Positions 1-8,320 of a stretch of DNA of 40,110 bases are shown here, in pieces. The stretch is from the IMG/VR virus record IMGVR_UViG_2897369580_000002. One strand, written 5' to 3'. A program made the position numbers and the translations under genes. The first letter of the stretch is position 1, and every line of letters begins with the position of its first letter. This DNA comes from a virus (taxonomy: Duplodnaviria; Heunggongvirae; Uroviricota; Caudoviricetes). The notes below the pieces were generated by a model. The model had not been told where the DNA came from, searched no databases, and saw only the letters and a program-made list of their open reading frames with translations.

Positions 1-516
1 ATGAAATTTAAAAAATGTCTTCTGCCTGTGGCAATGTTAGCGTCATTCACTCTGGCAGGATGCCAGTCAAATGCTGATGATCATGCCGCCGATGTTTATC
101 AAACCGATCAACTGAATACCAAACAAGAAACTAAAACCGTTAATATTATTTCCATTCTTCCCGCAAAAGTTGCCGTAGACAACGCCCAAAATAAACGGAA
201 CGCACAAGCCTTCGGCGCGCTTATTGGCGCTGTCGCTGGCGGTGTTATCGGCCACAACGTCGGGTCTGGCAGCAATTCCGGAACGACGGCAGGTGCAGTT
301 GGCGGCGGAGCTGTAGGCGCGGCAGCGGGTTCTATGGTGAATGATAAAACCTTAGTGGAAGGTGTTTCTTTAACATATAAGGAAGGCACCAAAGTGTATA
401 CCTCCACCCAAGTGGGTAAAGAGTGCCAGTTTACGACAGGTTTAGCCGTTGTTATTACCACGACGTATAACGAAACGCGTATTCAGCCAAATACCAAATG
501 TCCTGAAAAGAGCTAA
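1..516 (+). CDS. yfgH: outer-membrane lipoprotein with glycine-zipper domain (YfgH-like, host)
   Basis: Lipobox LAGC after signal peptide; Gly/Ala-rich zipper GALIGAVAGGVIGHNVG; followed by a 179-aa partner as in the yfgH-yfgI pair. Symbol is tentative, assigned from size, order and the guaA remnant downstream. Confidence 0.6.
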   Translation: MKFKKCLLPVAMLASFTLAGCQSNADDHAADVYQTDQLNTKQETKTVNIISILPAKVAVDNAQNKRNAQAFGALIGAVAGGVIGHNVGSGSNSGTTAGAVGGGAVGAAAGSMVNDKTLVEGVSLTYKEGTKVYTSTQVGKECQFTTGLAVVITTTYNETRIQPNTKCPEKS

Positions 517-531
517 TAATCAGGAGGAGTC

Positions 532-1071
532 ATGAAGAAAGTTTTTCTTTGCGCCATCTTAGCCTCCTTAAGCTATCCGGCTATCGCCTCATCATTGCAG
601 GATCAACTCTCGGCTGTCGCAGAAGCGGAACAGCAAGGTAAAAATGAAGAGCAAAGGCAGCATGACGAATGGGTCGCGGAGCGCAACAGGGAAATCCAGC
701 AAGAGAAGCAACGTCGCGCAAACGCCCAGGCCGCGGCTAATAAAAGAGCGGCAACGGCAGCAGCGAATAAGAAAGCTCGTCAGGATAAACTGGACGCCGA
801 AGCCACTGCGGACAAAAAACGCGATCAAAGTTATGAAGATGAGCTACGTAGCTTAGAGATTCAGAAACAAAAACTGGCGCTGGCGAAAGAAGAAGCCCGC
901 GTTAAGCGCGAAAACGAATTTATCGATCAGGAACTGAAGCACAAAGCTGCGCAAACCGATGTGGTGCAATCTGAAGCTGACGCAAACAGAAATATGACTG
1001 AAGGCGGTCGCGATCTGATGAAAAGCGTGGGTAAAGCAGAAGAGAATAAATCAGATAGCTGGTTTAACTAA
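532..1071 (+). CDS. yfgI: secreted coiled-coil protein (YfgI-like, host)
   Basis: ATG with strong RBS CAGGAGGAG; N-terminal signal peptide; charged coiled-coil body; 179 aa. Symbol tentative (synteny-based). Confidence 0.55.
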   Translation: MKKVFLCAILASLSYPAIASSLQDQLSAVAEAEQQGKNEEQRQHDEWVAERNREIQQEKQRRANAQAAANKRAATAAANKKARQDKLDAEATADKKRDQSYEDELRSLEIQKQKLALAKEEARVKRENEFIDQELKHKAAQTDVVQSEADANRNMTEGGRDLMKSVGKAEENKSDSWFN

Positions 1072-1110
1072 ACGATGTTAGTAACTTCAAACCTATAATT
1101 CTTTAGGATA

Positions 1111-1142
1111 AAAAACCCTCTGTAGTAACAGAGGGTTTTGTT
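1111..1142. terminator. bidirectional rho-independent terminator
   Basis: AAAAA-CCCTCTGT-agta-ACAGAGGG-TTTTGTT: 8-bp perfect stem flanked by A-run and T-run. Confidence 0.8.
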
Positions 1143-1163
1143 CATTCATAGTGCAGGGTCAAA

Positions 1164-1178
1164 TCATTCCCACTCAAT
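1164..1178 (-). other. guaA 3'-terminal codons (att core remnant at left prophage junction)
   Basis: TCATTCCCACTCAAT is the reverse complement of ATT GAG TGG GAA TGA (I-E-W-E-stop), recalled as the GMP synthase C-terminus; phage genes start immediately to the right. Confidence 0.6.
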
Positions 1179-1288
1179 TATTTACGGATACCATAACCAA
1201 TTGAGTGATAACATTTTTCCAAAACTCAATTTTCCTCGTACCGTTTTATATACCGTCACCGGAAATCAGTACCATGAAAAATGCCATG

Positions 1289-1771
1289 CTATCTGGTCAG
1301 GGTGTCGTACTGTTTTTCACAGACTCTTCCGGCTTCGGCTGCCCGGTCAGCATACTCTGCCAGTTGTCTGTTTCTCTCGAGAGATTTACTGAGCACGTCG
1401 GCAAGCAAAACTCCGGTGTCTGCGGCTGACGTCCCAGCGCCGACAATGGCGTTATACTGCCTGAGCTGCTCACGGATGGCAACGAGCTGTTGCTGCAACC
1501 GGCCAGCGCGAGCGGCAGCATCAAGAGCATCATTGCGCGCCTGGTCGATCCTCTGCTGCGCTTCACGTTCATTGATCGCTTTCTCCTGTTCGTAGTGCTG
1601 ACGAATTCTCTCATCTTCGGTTTTGCGGTCTTCTTTCGCCTGCGCATACCCGGCGTCGTACTGACGACTGCCGTGTACACTCCAGGCAGCAACTCCTGAT
1701 ATGACCAGAACAGCAAGCACCGCCATGATAATCAACTGTTTCCGGTATGCTTTTACGAATGCCCAGATCAT
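1289..1771 (-). CDS. i-spanin (Rz-like)
   Basis: ATG start; N-terminal TM segment [18 protein letters not shown]; charged coiled-coil periplasmic domain; last gene of lysis cassette. Confidence 0.75.
   Translation of the reverse strand: MIWAFVKAYRKQLIIMAVLAVLVISGVAAWSVHGSRQYDAGYAQAKEDRKTEDERIRQHYEQEKAINEREAQQRIDQARNDALDAAARAGRLQQQLVAIREQLRQYNAIVGAGTSAADTGVLLADVLSKSLERNRQLAEYADRAAEAGRVCEKQYDTLTR
1297..1533 (-). CDS. o-spanin (Rz1-like lipoprotein) embedded in +1 frame of Rz
   Basis: Internal ATGATG at 1533-1528 gives [14 protein letters not shown] with lipobox LAGC; Pro/Ser-rich mature part; wholly inside the Rz gene. Confidence 0.5.
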   Translation of the reverse strand: MMLLMLPLALAGCSNSSLPSVSSSGSITPLSALGRQPQTPEFCLPTCSVNLSRETDNWQSMLTGQPKPEESVKNSTTP

Positions 1772-2397
1772 ACCGCCAGCACCTTACTGGCAGCGATGTA
1801 CCGCGCGCGCCGGTCGTCGATGCCGTTCCGGCCACCATTGATAATCAGAGTTACACGTGCAATATCGCCGGTATACTTCATGCATCCTTTGCTGGCGAAG
1901 AACCACGCCGCGCTACGAGCCGCATATTCGTCCTGCGCCAGCAGTTCAGGGCTCTCCAGCAGGTCAACCTTCAGACCGTTTCCGCAATCACGATAGTTAT
2001 TCAAACCGGTAATCTGGATAAGTCCGCGCCCTCGGTAATTCCAGCCATCACCAGGGGCATTGTTCCCCATGCGTTTGCTGTATACCAGATTTGCGATCGC
2101 GCGCTGGCGCTCAAGTGGCAATGGTGGTTCACCAGCACGGCGCCCCAGTGCATTAGCCTGCCCCTGAGTGAGACGCCCAGCCCGAACGAAGTTAGCCAGT
2201 CCGCTGACACTGTAGTTGAAATTCTCCTGCAACCTGGTGAAGCCCCCAGACTCATGCCCGACTTGAGCAATAAACATTGCCTGATCTTCTGCTTTGCTGA
2301 TACCAAACTCTTTCATCGCAGAAGTTATATGCGAGAACCAGCGTGCGGCCAGCGCCTCGCTAATACCAGCAGCTCGCTGGAATTGTTTAATCTCCAT
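1768..2397 (-). CDS. endolysin, glycoside hydrolase family 19 (chitinase-like lysozyme)
   Basis: GH19-like motif [12 protein letters not shown]; ATG with RBS GAGGT; sits between membrane proteins and spanins. Confidence 0.8.
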   Translation of the reverse strand: MEIKQFQRAAGISEALAARWFSHITSAMKEFGISKAEDQAMFIAQVGHESGGFTRLQENFNYSVSGLANFVRAGRLTQGQANALGRRAGEPPLPLERQRAIANLVYSKRMGNNAPGDGWNYRGRGLIQITGLNNYRDCGNGLKVDLLESPELLAQDEYAARSAAWFFASKGCMKYTGDIARVTLIINGGRNGIDDRRARYIAASKVLAV

Positions 2398-2695
2398 GTT
2401 TAGACCTCGTTATCTTGAAAATCTGAACGACGTTACCGCGAGTTTTAAGAACCGCAGCAAGCATGACAGCGTTGATAATGACCTCAGATAAATCCACAGC
2501 CATTGGCGTGCGTAACCAGATTGCATAGGCGACTCGAACAGGAATACTGGCCGCAGCAACAATCAGGAAATAAGCAAGCCATCCTCCCCACCTTCGATGT
2601 TGAGAGCCGTTACGCCGGAATGTGACAACGCGAATTGCTATGCCAGTGCAAATAACTGCATTGGTGATAAGCAAAAAAAACTCATGCGTTACCAT
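2387..2695 (-). CDS. lysis-associated small membrane protein (holin or antiholin candidate)
   Basis: ATG preceded by GGGGAG; multiple hydrophobic segments; overlaps endolysin start. Confidence 0.55.
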   Translation of the reverse strand: MVTHEFFLLITNAVICTGIAIRVVTFRRNGSQHRRWGGWLAYFLIVAAASIPVRVAYAIWLRTPMAVDLSEVIINAVMLAAVLKTRGNVVQIFKITRSKHGD

Positions 2696-3086
2696 CGTCT
2701 TTTCTCCCCGGAATTAACTCGCGTGGATTATCGGAACGGTGATAGAGCCATATACCAATACGCACAGCGACAATTGCTGACACGAATGCGCCTGCAGAGA
2801 AAACAATCCCTTTTTCAAAAGAGTCCTGCGTGATGGTAGGGATCAGGCTGGCTATGCCGATAAGAATTGATGCTGCTGGTTTGTAAAAGAGAAGGCCGCA
2901 AAGAAAGCTGAGCATCGACAGGAGCACCCGGCGACGGATGGGGTACTCTACTGCAGAGGTAACAAAAATTACCGCCCCAGCCAAAGCCCCTAAAGCAACC
3001 TCCGGAGGGACACCTGCAATAACCGCAGCAAGAGAACTAACACTAAGCCACTGATTTGAAGTTTCATTGGTTAGTTGGAATGACAT
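2682..3086 (-). CDS. putative holin (multi-pass membrane protein)
   Basis: Several predicted TM helices, charged C-terminus; first gene of lysis cassette downstream of tailspike. Confidence 0.55.
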   Translation of the reverse strand: MSFQLTNETSNQWLSVSSLAAVIAGVPPEVALGALAGAVIFVTSAVEYPIRRRVLLSMLSFLCGLLFYKPAASILIGIASLIPTITQDSFEKGIVFSAGAFVSAIVAVRIGIWLYHRSDNPRELIPGRKDDGNA

Positions 3087-3158
3087 AACGAAACCCGTTT
3101 ATTTGCAAACACCCTGCTTCAGGAAAAGTATACCGCGCAACAACACACCATTTACGGT

Positions 3159-5621
3159 TCAATTCCCTGTTAATTGCAAAACTTGCTCTTCCAGCTTTTT
3201 AACCCTGCGTCTCATCATCGCAGATTCCAGAATCAGAGCCTCTTCATAACGGATACCGTAACATTCACCAGCCTCGACGGCTTCGCGTACCAGAACCTTT
3301 GTCTGTATAAGTGGGTAAACTCCTGCAGAATGCTCTTCTTCCGTCACATCCCTGTATTCTGCCGGGGTCTCATTCCACTTGTCATAACAGATAAATGCCA
3401 GTCGTGACACATCTATGCCTTCATTCTGAAATACACTGATAACATGCTGCGCAACTGCACCAAAGTGCCATCTTGCTCCGTCTTTACCTTTCACTTCGAT
3501 CCTGTCAAGGTACTGGTATGAAACCCATTCCACTCTTTCCCATGCGTCCAGTATTTTCTCATCAATAACCTCTGGAGCAGTCTTGAAACGCGCATCGGAC
3601 AGCACCGTAAACGCTGACTGGGTAAATCCCCCCGACCATGCACGACCAGCCAACCCAAGAGAATAAGTATTCGTTGTCGATGGTGTCATGGCTGAATCAG
3701 AAAACTGTATATATTCTGAATTTCCAGTAGATATTCGAATATTTCCATTTATTAGCGACATAGTGCCTTTAGTATTATCACTATTGAATAATTTCAATTG
3801 CGAACTTATACCGCCTCCCACAGCCAGAGATACATCGCCTTCAGCAAGCATTCTGAATTTATCTGCAGAAACAAGCGTCTGGTTAGCAAGGTTAAAATAT
3901 TTAACCCACCATTCAAAACGCCCTGACATAGTCCCAACGTACTGACCAAGCGCAGGGACGTGAACAACATTGCTATTTGTAGTGCCGTCTATACTGGAAA
4001 TACCAGTCACCGCTGATGCAGAACTCAGAATATTATTTCTGTCACCCGGATGTTTAATTTCAACAAAGTTCCTGATACACCCTTCCTCGAAGGTAACCAC
4101 GCCGGAAGAACTATACATGGGGAATATTGACGCATAATTACTGCGTGCAGCATCTAAGAAACGAATGGTTGTAGATGTCTGCAGATCTCCTGATTCATTT
4201 TTCCCATCACACCCAGTCATTAGAATATTACTGGCAATATTATTATTTCCCTGAACGGTGACTCCGTGCGCCTGCTTTGCGTCCGATTCAGAGTAATCAA
4301 CCAGCACATTCGAAATCAGGTTACCAGTCCCCTTGCCAACAACTACTGCGGCGTATTTTGGGTTGTTAGCCATTACACTGCTAATGATATTATTCGTTGG
4401 GGCAGTTTCCGTCTCAGTTCCATTGTAAACAACGTGCTGACACTCTTCACCAATAACATTGCTGACAATGTTATATTTTGCTGCTGTTTTAAGTTCCACT
4501 GCACCAAACTGAGGATAATTTCTGGCTATCACACCATCAATTAGCGTATTTTGCGATGAATCAAAAAGCACACAACCTGCTTTTTTATTATTTGCGAACC
4601 CTAAATACTCTCCTCTTATATCTCTAACAATGTAACCTGACGGAATACCATTATTCGGATAAGCGATCAAGCTAAATCCTGTTCCTCGCGTATTTGTAAA
4701 TCTGATATTTTTAACCGATACATCATGGCCACCTGAAAATGACACCTGGTGTCCCTGCACACTATCATCTGATTTATTTCCCATAATTGTTAGCGTACTA
4801 AGCATGCCACCATCGGGCATGTTAAAAACCAGATGATTACCATCTCTGTCATACTGTTTTATCGTTCCCCCACCTGTTCCGTACAAGCCACAACGTGAAA
4901 GAGAAACTAAAGATGTATTGAATACCCCTTCCGGAACAAAAACACTGCTAAACGAATGTAATGATTTTGTAAAAGCATCCTTGTTATCATTTAAGATTCC
5001 ATTTTGAGCTCCAAAATCCTTAATGCTGACACCATCACGCATCTTATCCTGGAACGTTCTGTATACCGCTCCAGAACCATACTGAATAAACCAACCAAAA
5101 CCACCAATAACTCCGGCGATTGCAGCATCGACATAATTACGCATTGAGCGATTATTTACAGCGTCCTGCTCAAGTGATGGATCGGCAAGGTTAGATATTC
5201 TGTTTTGCTTTGCATCGTAATATTTTGCAAGCAAAGATGGTTTCATCAATGCACGTCTGAACCACCCAAAACATCGCTGGATCAGCATCGTCAGGTAGTC
5301 AAATGCATCCTCATGAACTTCGGGGAAAAATTTTCCCTGATTGCGAAGATCAGTCTCCTGCACCACATCAAGCACACGCTCTATCGTGATTCGCCAGCCA
5401 GCAGCAAGCGGCGACGGAAGAACCACTGCACCGCCACTATAAGTTCCCGCCCCTGTTACCGTATAACCAGCATCCAGCACTAGTTTTGTAACGTTACCGT
5501 TAAGGTCAGACACCTGAACAACCAGGTCGGATTTTTTGAAAATACGGAAGGTATACGGAAATGATGTCGTAACGCCGTTACCTGTGTATTCGTTGTGGTC
5601 AACTTCGGTTGAGACCGTCAT
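3159..5621 (-). CDS. tailspike / tail fibre with beta-helix domain and C-terminal intramolecular chaperone (peptidase S74-like)
   Basis: Central pectate-lyase-like signature (GVSIKDFGAQNGILNDNKDAF); C-terminal ~146 aa begin with SDARFK auto-cleavage-type motif typical of self-cleaving chaperone domains; RBS GGAG. Confidence 0.8.
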   Translation of the reverse strand: MTVSTEVDHNEYTGNGVTTSFPYTFRIFKKSDLVVQVSDLNGNVTKLVLDAGYTVTGAGTYSGGAVVLPSPLAAGWRITIERVLDVVQETDLRNQGKFFPEVHEDAFDYLTMLIQRCFGWFRRALMKPSLLAKYYDAKQNRISNLADPSLEQDAVNNRSMRNYVDAAIAGVIGGFGWFIQYGSGAVYRTFQDKMRDGVSIKDFGAQNGILNDNKDAFTKSLHSFSSVFVPEGVFNTSLVSLSRCGLYGTGGGTIKQYDRDGNHLVFNMPDGGMLSTLTIMGNKSDDSVQGHQVSFSGGHDVSVKNIRFTNTRGTGFSLIAYPNNGIPSGYIVRDIRGEYLGFANNKKAGCVLFDSSQNTLIDGVIARNYPQFGAVELKTAAKYNIVSNVIGEECQHVVYNGTETETAPTNNIISSVMANNPKYAAVVVGKGTGNLISNVLVDYSESDAKQAHGVTVQGNNNIASNILMTGCDGKNESGDLQTSTTIRFLDAARSNYASIFPMYSSSGVVTFEEGCIRNFVEIKHPGDRNNILSSASAVTGISSIDGTTNSNVVHVPALGQYVGTMSGRFEWWVKYFNLANQTLVSADKFRMLAEGDVSLAVGGGISSQLKLFNSDNTKGTMSLINGNIRISTGNSEYIQFSDSAMTPSTTNTYSLGLAGRAWSGGFTQSAFTVLSDARFKTAPEVIDEKILDAWERVEWVSYQYLDRIEVKGKDGARWHFGAVAQHVISVFQNEGIDVSRLAFICYDKWNETPAEYRDVTEEEHSAGVYPLIQTKVLVREAVEAGECYGIRYEEALILESAMMRRRVKKLEEQVLQLTGN

Positions 5622-5724
5622 GTTAAATCTCCAGATAGTCGCAGCACCCGTTGCGCCGCATATCTGGTTATTCTATTACCCAAAAAACCATATATGGATA
5701 GAAAGACTGTGAATATGAATAGAT

Positions 5725-5741
5725 ATTACCTTTCAGGTAAT
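5725..5741. promoter_or_regulatory. palindrome ATTACC-N5-GGTAAT (TTACC-N5-GGTAA family, copy 1)
   Basis: ATTACCTTTCAGGTAAT, perfect 6-bp arms; in divergent region between tailspike and the LexA-box gene. Confidence 0.6.
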
Positions 5742-5777
5742 TTGCAAAACGTGCTGGATAGCAAACAAATTATTTGC

Positions 5778-5797
5778 TACTGTATAAATATACAGTT
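5778..5797. promoter_or_regulatory. LexA (SOS) box
   Basis: TACTGTATAAATATACAGTT: CTGT-N8(AT-rich)-ACAG, near-consensus; about 20 bp upstream of the RBS of the 5818 gene. Confidence 0.75.
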
Positions 5798-5817
5798 ATT
5801 GCATGGAGAAGATTAAG

Positions 5818-6075
5818 ATGCAGCAGTATCACTATCCACTGGAAGAGGGATTTACCGAAAGGATTCACACGCCGGGAGGCGTCAGGTCACTGGTGGAGGG
5901 ATCGCACTTGATGAAATTACTCCGGGATCTCGATAAGGATGGATTTAATGTCGATGGCCCACTTGCCGAACTGACTGCACTGATTAACTACGTCACCAGC
6001 TCACAGATGTCTATGCAGGATCTGCAAACACATCTCGACTATTGTGCCGAACAATTACGAAAACAAACCAGATAA
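5818..6075 (+). CDS. small protein homologous to the C-terminal domain of the adjacent antirepressor
   Basis: ATG at 5818 with RBS GGAGAA (alternative ATG at 5803); aligns with the C-terminus of the 6391-7086 product (LMKLLRDLDKDGFNVDGPLAELT vs LMNLLNQLQEDGHDVSGAAAELT; DLQTH vs DIQTH). Confidence 0.6.
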   Translation: MQQYHYPLEEGFTERIHTPGGVRSLVEGSHLMKLLRDLDKDGFNVDGPLAELTALINYVTSSQMSMQDLQTHLDYCAEQLRKQTR

Positions 6076-6106
6076 GGTTTGCAATCACCAAATGGAGTGC
6101 TTATAT

Positions 6107-6121
6107 TTACCTTTGCGGTAA
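6107..6121. promoter_or_regulatory. palindrome TTACC-N5-GGTAA (copy 2)
   Basis: TTTACCTTTGCGGTAAA at 6106-6122. Confidence 0.55.
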
Positions 6122-6390
6122 ATTTACAACGCACTCCTCTTGTGCCATAGTAATCGAGCACTGGCAAAATCCAGTGCCGGGATTGGCGTCCCGGATTACT
6201 AAAAGGCGCATTCACCGCGCAAGCGGTTTTTTTATGCGTATAGCACGGCCACATTCGTATTATGGTGGGCTGTGTGGGGGCACCGAAAGGTGCGCCGGGT
6301 CCTTTTAGCCGGTTACGCCAACCCTGCACAGTTCACCACCAACCGATTGGCGTCGGTAGTGGTGATTAACCAGACTAAAAGGTAACCACT

Positions 6391-7086
6391 ATGACAGCTA
6401 CAAAAAGCACGTCCATTTTTTCTTTCGAATCCCAAGCCGATATACGGGTAATCGTCATTAATGGTGAGCCATGGTTTATCGCTTCAGATGTTTGTCGGGC
6501 TATAGGCATAGCAAACCATCGAGATGCTGTTCGAAAACTTGATGATGATGAGAAGGGCGTCGCTTCAACCGACACCCCTGGCGGTGAGCAAGAATCGATC
6601 ATCATCTCCGAGTCAGGCCTCTACACACTGATCCTCCGCTGCCGCGACGCAGTGACACCAGGCACTATCCCCTACCGCTTTCGTAAATGGGTTACAGGTG
6701 AGGTTCTTCCTCAGATCCGCCGCACCGGAAGTTACATTAAAAACTCGCTCCCGCAGGAAGAACGCATAAAGATGGTTGCCGACCAGGTAGCCAACGCCAC
6801 GGCGTCAGCAGTAATGCAGGCGATGAAGATAGAGAACAAAACCTACAGTGCCCCACTGAAGCCCGGCTACCGCAGCCTGATTCATTCGCCGTCTGGTGTT
6901 CTCGGCCTGACGGAGAACTCACTGCTGATGAATCTGCTGAACCAGTTACAGGAAGACGGGCACGATGTATCGGGCGCGGCGGCGGAGCTGACCACCATGT
7001 TCTGCTACATCGTCGGTGTGAGCAAATGCCTGCGTGATATCCAGACCCACGCGGAGTACATCAACGACAAAGCAGGATTCTTCTGA
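6391..7086 (+). CDS. Bro-N domain antirepressor (Ant-like)
   Basis: N-terminal Bro-N signature (FSFESQADIRVIVINGEPWFIASDVCRAIG); RBS AAGGTAACC; C-terminal domain shared with the upstream small protein. Confidence 0.75.
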   Translation: MTATKSTSIFSFESQADIRVIVINGEPWFIASDVCRAIGIANHRDAVRKLDDDEKGVASTDTPGGEQESIIISESGLYTLILRCRDAVTPGTIPYRFRKWVTGEVLPQIRRTGSYIKNSLPQEERIKMVADQVANATASAVMQAMKIENKTYSAPLKPGYRSLIHSPSGVLGLTENSLLMNLLNQLQEDGHDVSGAAAELTTMFCYIVGVSKCLRDIQTHAEYINDKAGFF

Positions 7087-7158
7087 CGGGCGGCGGCACA
7101 GGGATGTGCCTTTAAATAATTCTGTACAGATTGCAGACCGGGGGTGAATAGCGTACTA

Positions 7159-7173
7159 TTACCTTAAAGGTAA
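7159..7173. promoter_or_regulatory. palindrome TTACC-N5-GGTAA (copy 3)
   Basis: ATTACCTTAAAGGTAAA at 7158-7174, upstream of the 7216 gene. Confidence 0.55.
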
Positions 7174-7215
7174 ACCTGTTTTTATTTTATACCTGTAACT
7201 TACCGGAGATTAAAG

Positions 7216-7542
7216 ATGACAAAACTTGGATTCGTGATGAGAGGTCCGGTAAGAAGCGGAACTCATGCAAAGCGTAGCAAGAGTCGTATTTTTACTGGTA
7301 AGGTTGTAGCACGTAAATCAGCTATTGGCTCGTTCAATAGTGAAAATGCGGCATTGCGCCATATTTTTATCAGCACAAAGCCAAGAGCATCCGCTGATGT
7401 GCATACAATGTCTATTCCTATCACAAAGAATATCAAGCGGATAAAAAAGCTCTCATCTGCAGAATCAAAAGAGATATCTTTCCGCCAGCTTAACTCATTA
7501 GAAACGCATATGAAGGAAGAGGAATTCGATGTTTTTGAGTGA
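7216..7542 (+). CDS. hypothetical basic protein (AT-rich cargo operon, gene 1)
   Basis: ATG with RBS GGAG; Lys/Arg-rich; visibly lower GC than surrounding phage DNA; overlaps next gene. Confidence 0.5.
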   Translation: MTKLGFVMRGPVRSGTHAKRSKSRIFTGKVVARKSAIGSFNSENAALRHIFISTKPRASADVHTMSIPITKNIKRIKKLSSAESKEISFRQLNSLETHMKEEEFDVFE

Positions 7543-8041
7543 GTATAGCGGGAAGGTTATACCTACTGGTGAGTTTAAAACTGATGACTTTCTGATTTCG
7601 CTAAAAGATGCTTTTAAACAACACTGGCGTCATGGTCATCATCCTGATCTGGGAAAAGATACTCTTTTTGAAAGACCAGACGAAGTATTAGGCTTCCATC
7701 TCAGAAAGGTTCATGTCAATATTGGTGAATATGCATCATATTCATACTCATGTACTGAACAGTGTTGGGATGAGTGGTCATATGGATTGATTGATGAACA
7801 AGGAAATTACAGGCCAAAACCAACCAGTAACGCATATCTCATATATGCAGTCAATGAAATAAGAGATGCAGCCTTACTAGCTTATTGGGACCCGCCCGCA
7901 CACACCAAAGCTAACGCAAAAGTTTGGATGGATTCCGTATTGAATTTCACAAAATTATTTCATGAACGAACGAATACAGCTCCACTTAGTAGAAATGTTT
8001 ATCCGTGGGATTATTCGTACAAATCCAAAAAGCCTGCATAG
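7529..8041 (+). CDS. hypothetical protein (AT-rich cargo operon, gene 2)
   Basis: ATG with RBS AAGGAAGAGGAA; start overlaps end of gene 1 (coupled); aromatic and His-rich; no recognisable motif. Confidence 0.5.
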   Translation: MFLSEYSGKVIPTGEFKTDDFLISLKDAFKQHWRHGHHPDLGKDTLFERPDEVLGFHLRKVHVNIGEYASYSYSCTEQCWDEWSYGLIDEQGNYRPKPTSNAYLIYAVNEIRDAALLAYWDPPAHTKANAKVWMDSVLNFTKLFHERTNTAPLSRNVYPWDYSYKSKKPA

Positions 8042-8122
8042 TAGTTTTTTATGGACGAAACAAAAGTCAGTGCTACACTCATTGACGCCACATTGAGGTG
8101 GCTTATAGATGGAAATTTCACA

Positions 8123-8284
8123 ATGAAAAAAGCATTTGCTGCACTGTTCGTTTTGTTGTCTCTGGTAGCTTCAACTCAGGCCTTTGCCGGTCGTTGTCAG
8201 CACGACAGCGACACTGCTGCTGACGGCTCCCGCTGCGGTGGGCGTTCTGCGGATTCCCGCCCGGGTGGCGGTGGCATTCGTTAA
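8123..8284 (+). CDS. small secreted Gly/Ser/Arg-rich peptide with two Cys
   Basis: Internal ATG gives MKKAFAALFVLLSLVASTQAFA signal peptide then ~31-aa mature peptide; weak RBS; alternative TTG/ATG start at 8051 in ORF track. Confidence 0.35.
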   Translation: MKKAFAALFVLLSLVASTQAFAGRCQHDSDTAADGSRCGGRSADSRPGGGGIR

Positions 8285-8306
8285 AAACAAGGCCGCGAAA
8301 GCGGCC
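8281..8306 (-). terminator. rho-independent terminator ending the minus-strand structural transcript
   Basis: GGCCGC-gaaa-GCGGCC hairpin, followed on the minus strand by TTGTTTTTAA. Confidence 0.6.
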
Positions 8307-8307
8307 T

Positions 8308-8319
8308 GTGACATGTCAC
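8308..8319. repeat. 12-bp palindrome GTGACATGTCAC (copy A)
   Basis: Perfect palindrome; identical 12-mer also at 26008-26019 and 28282-28293. Confidence 0.7.
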
Positions 8320-8320
8320 G

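Noticed and set aside
7118-7125. CTGTACAG palindrome as a second LexA site
   Set aside because: LexA boxes need CTGT-N8-ACAG; here the half-sites are adjacent with no spacer.
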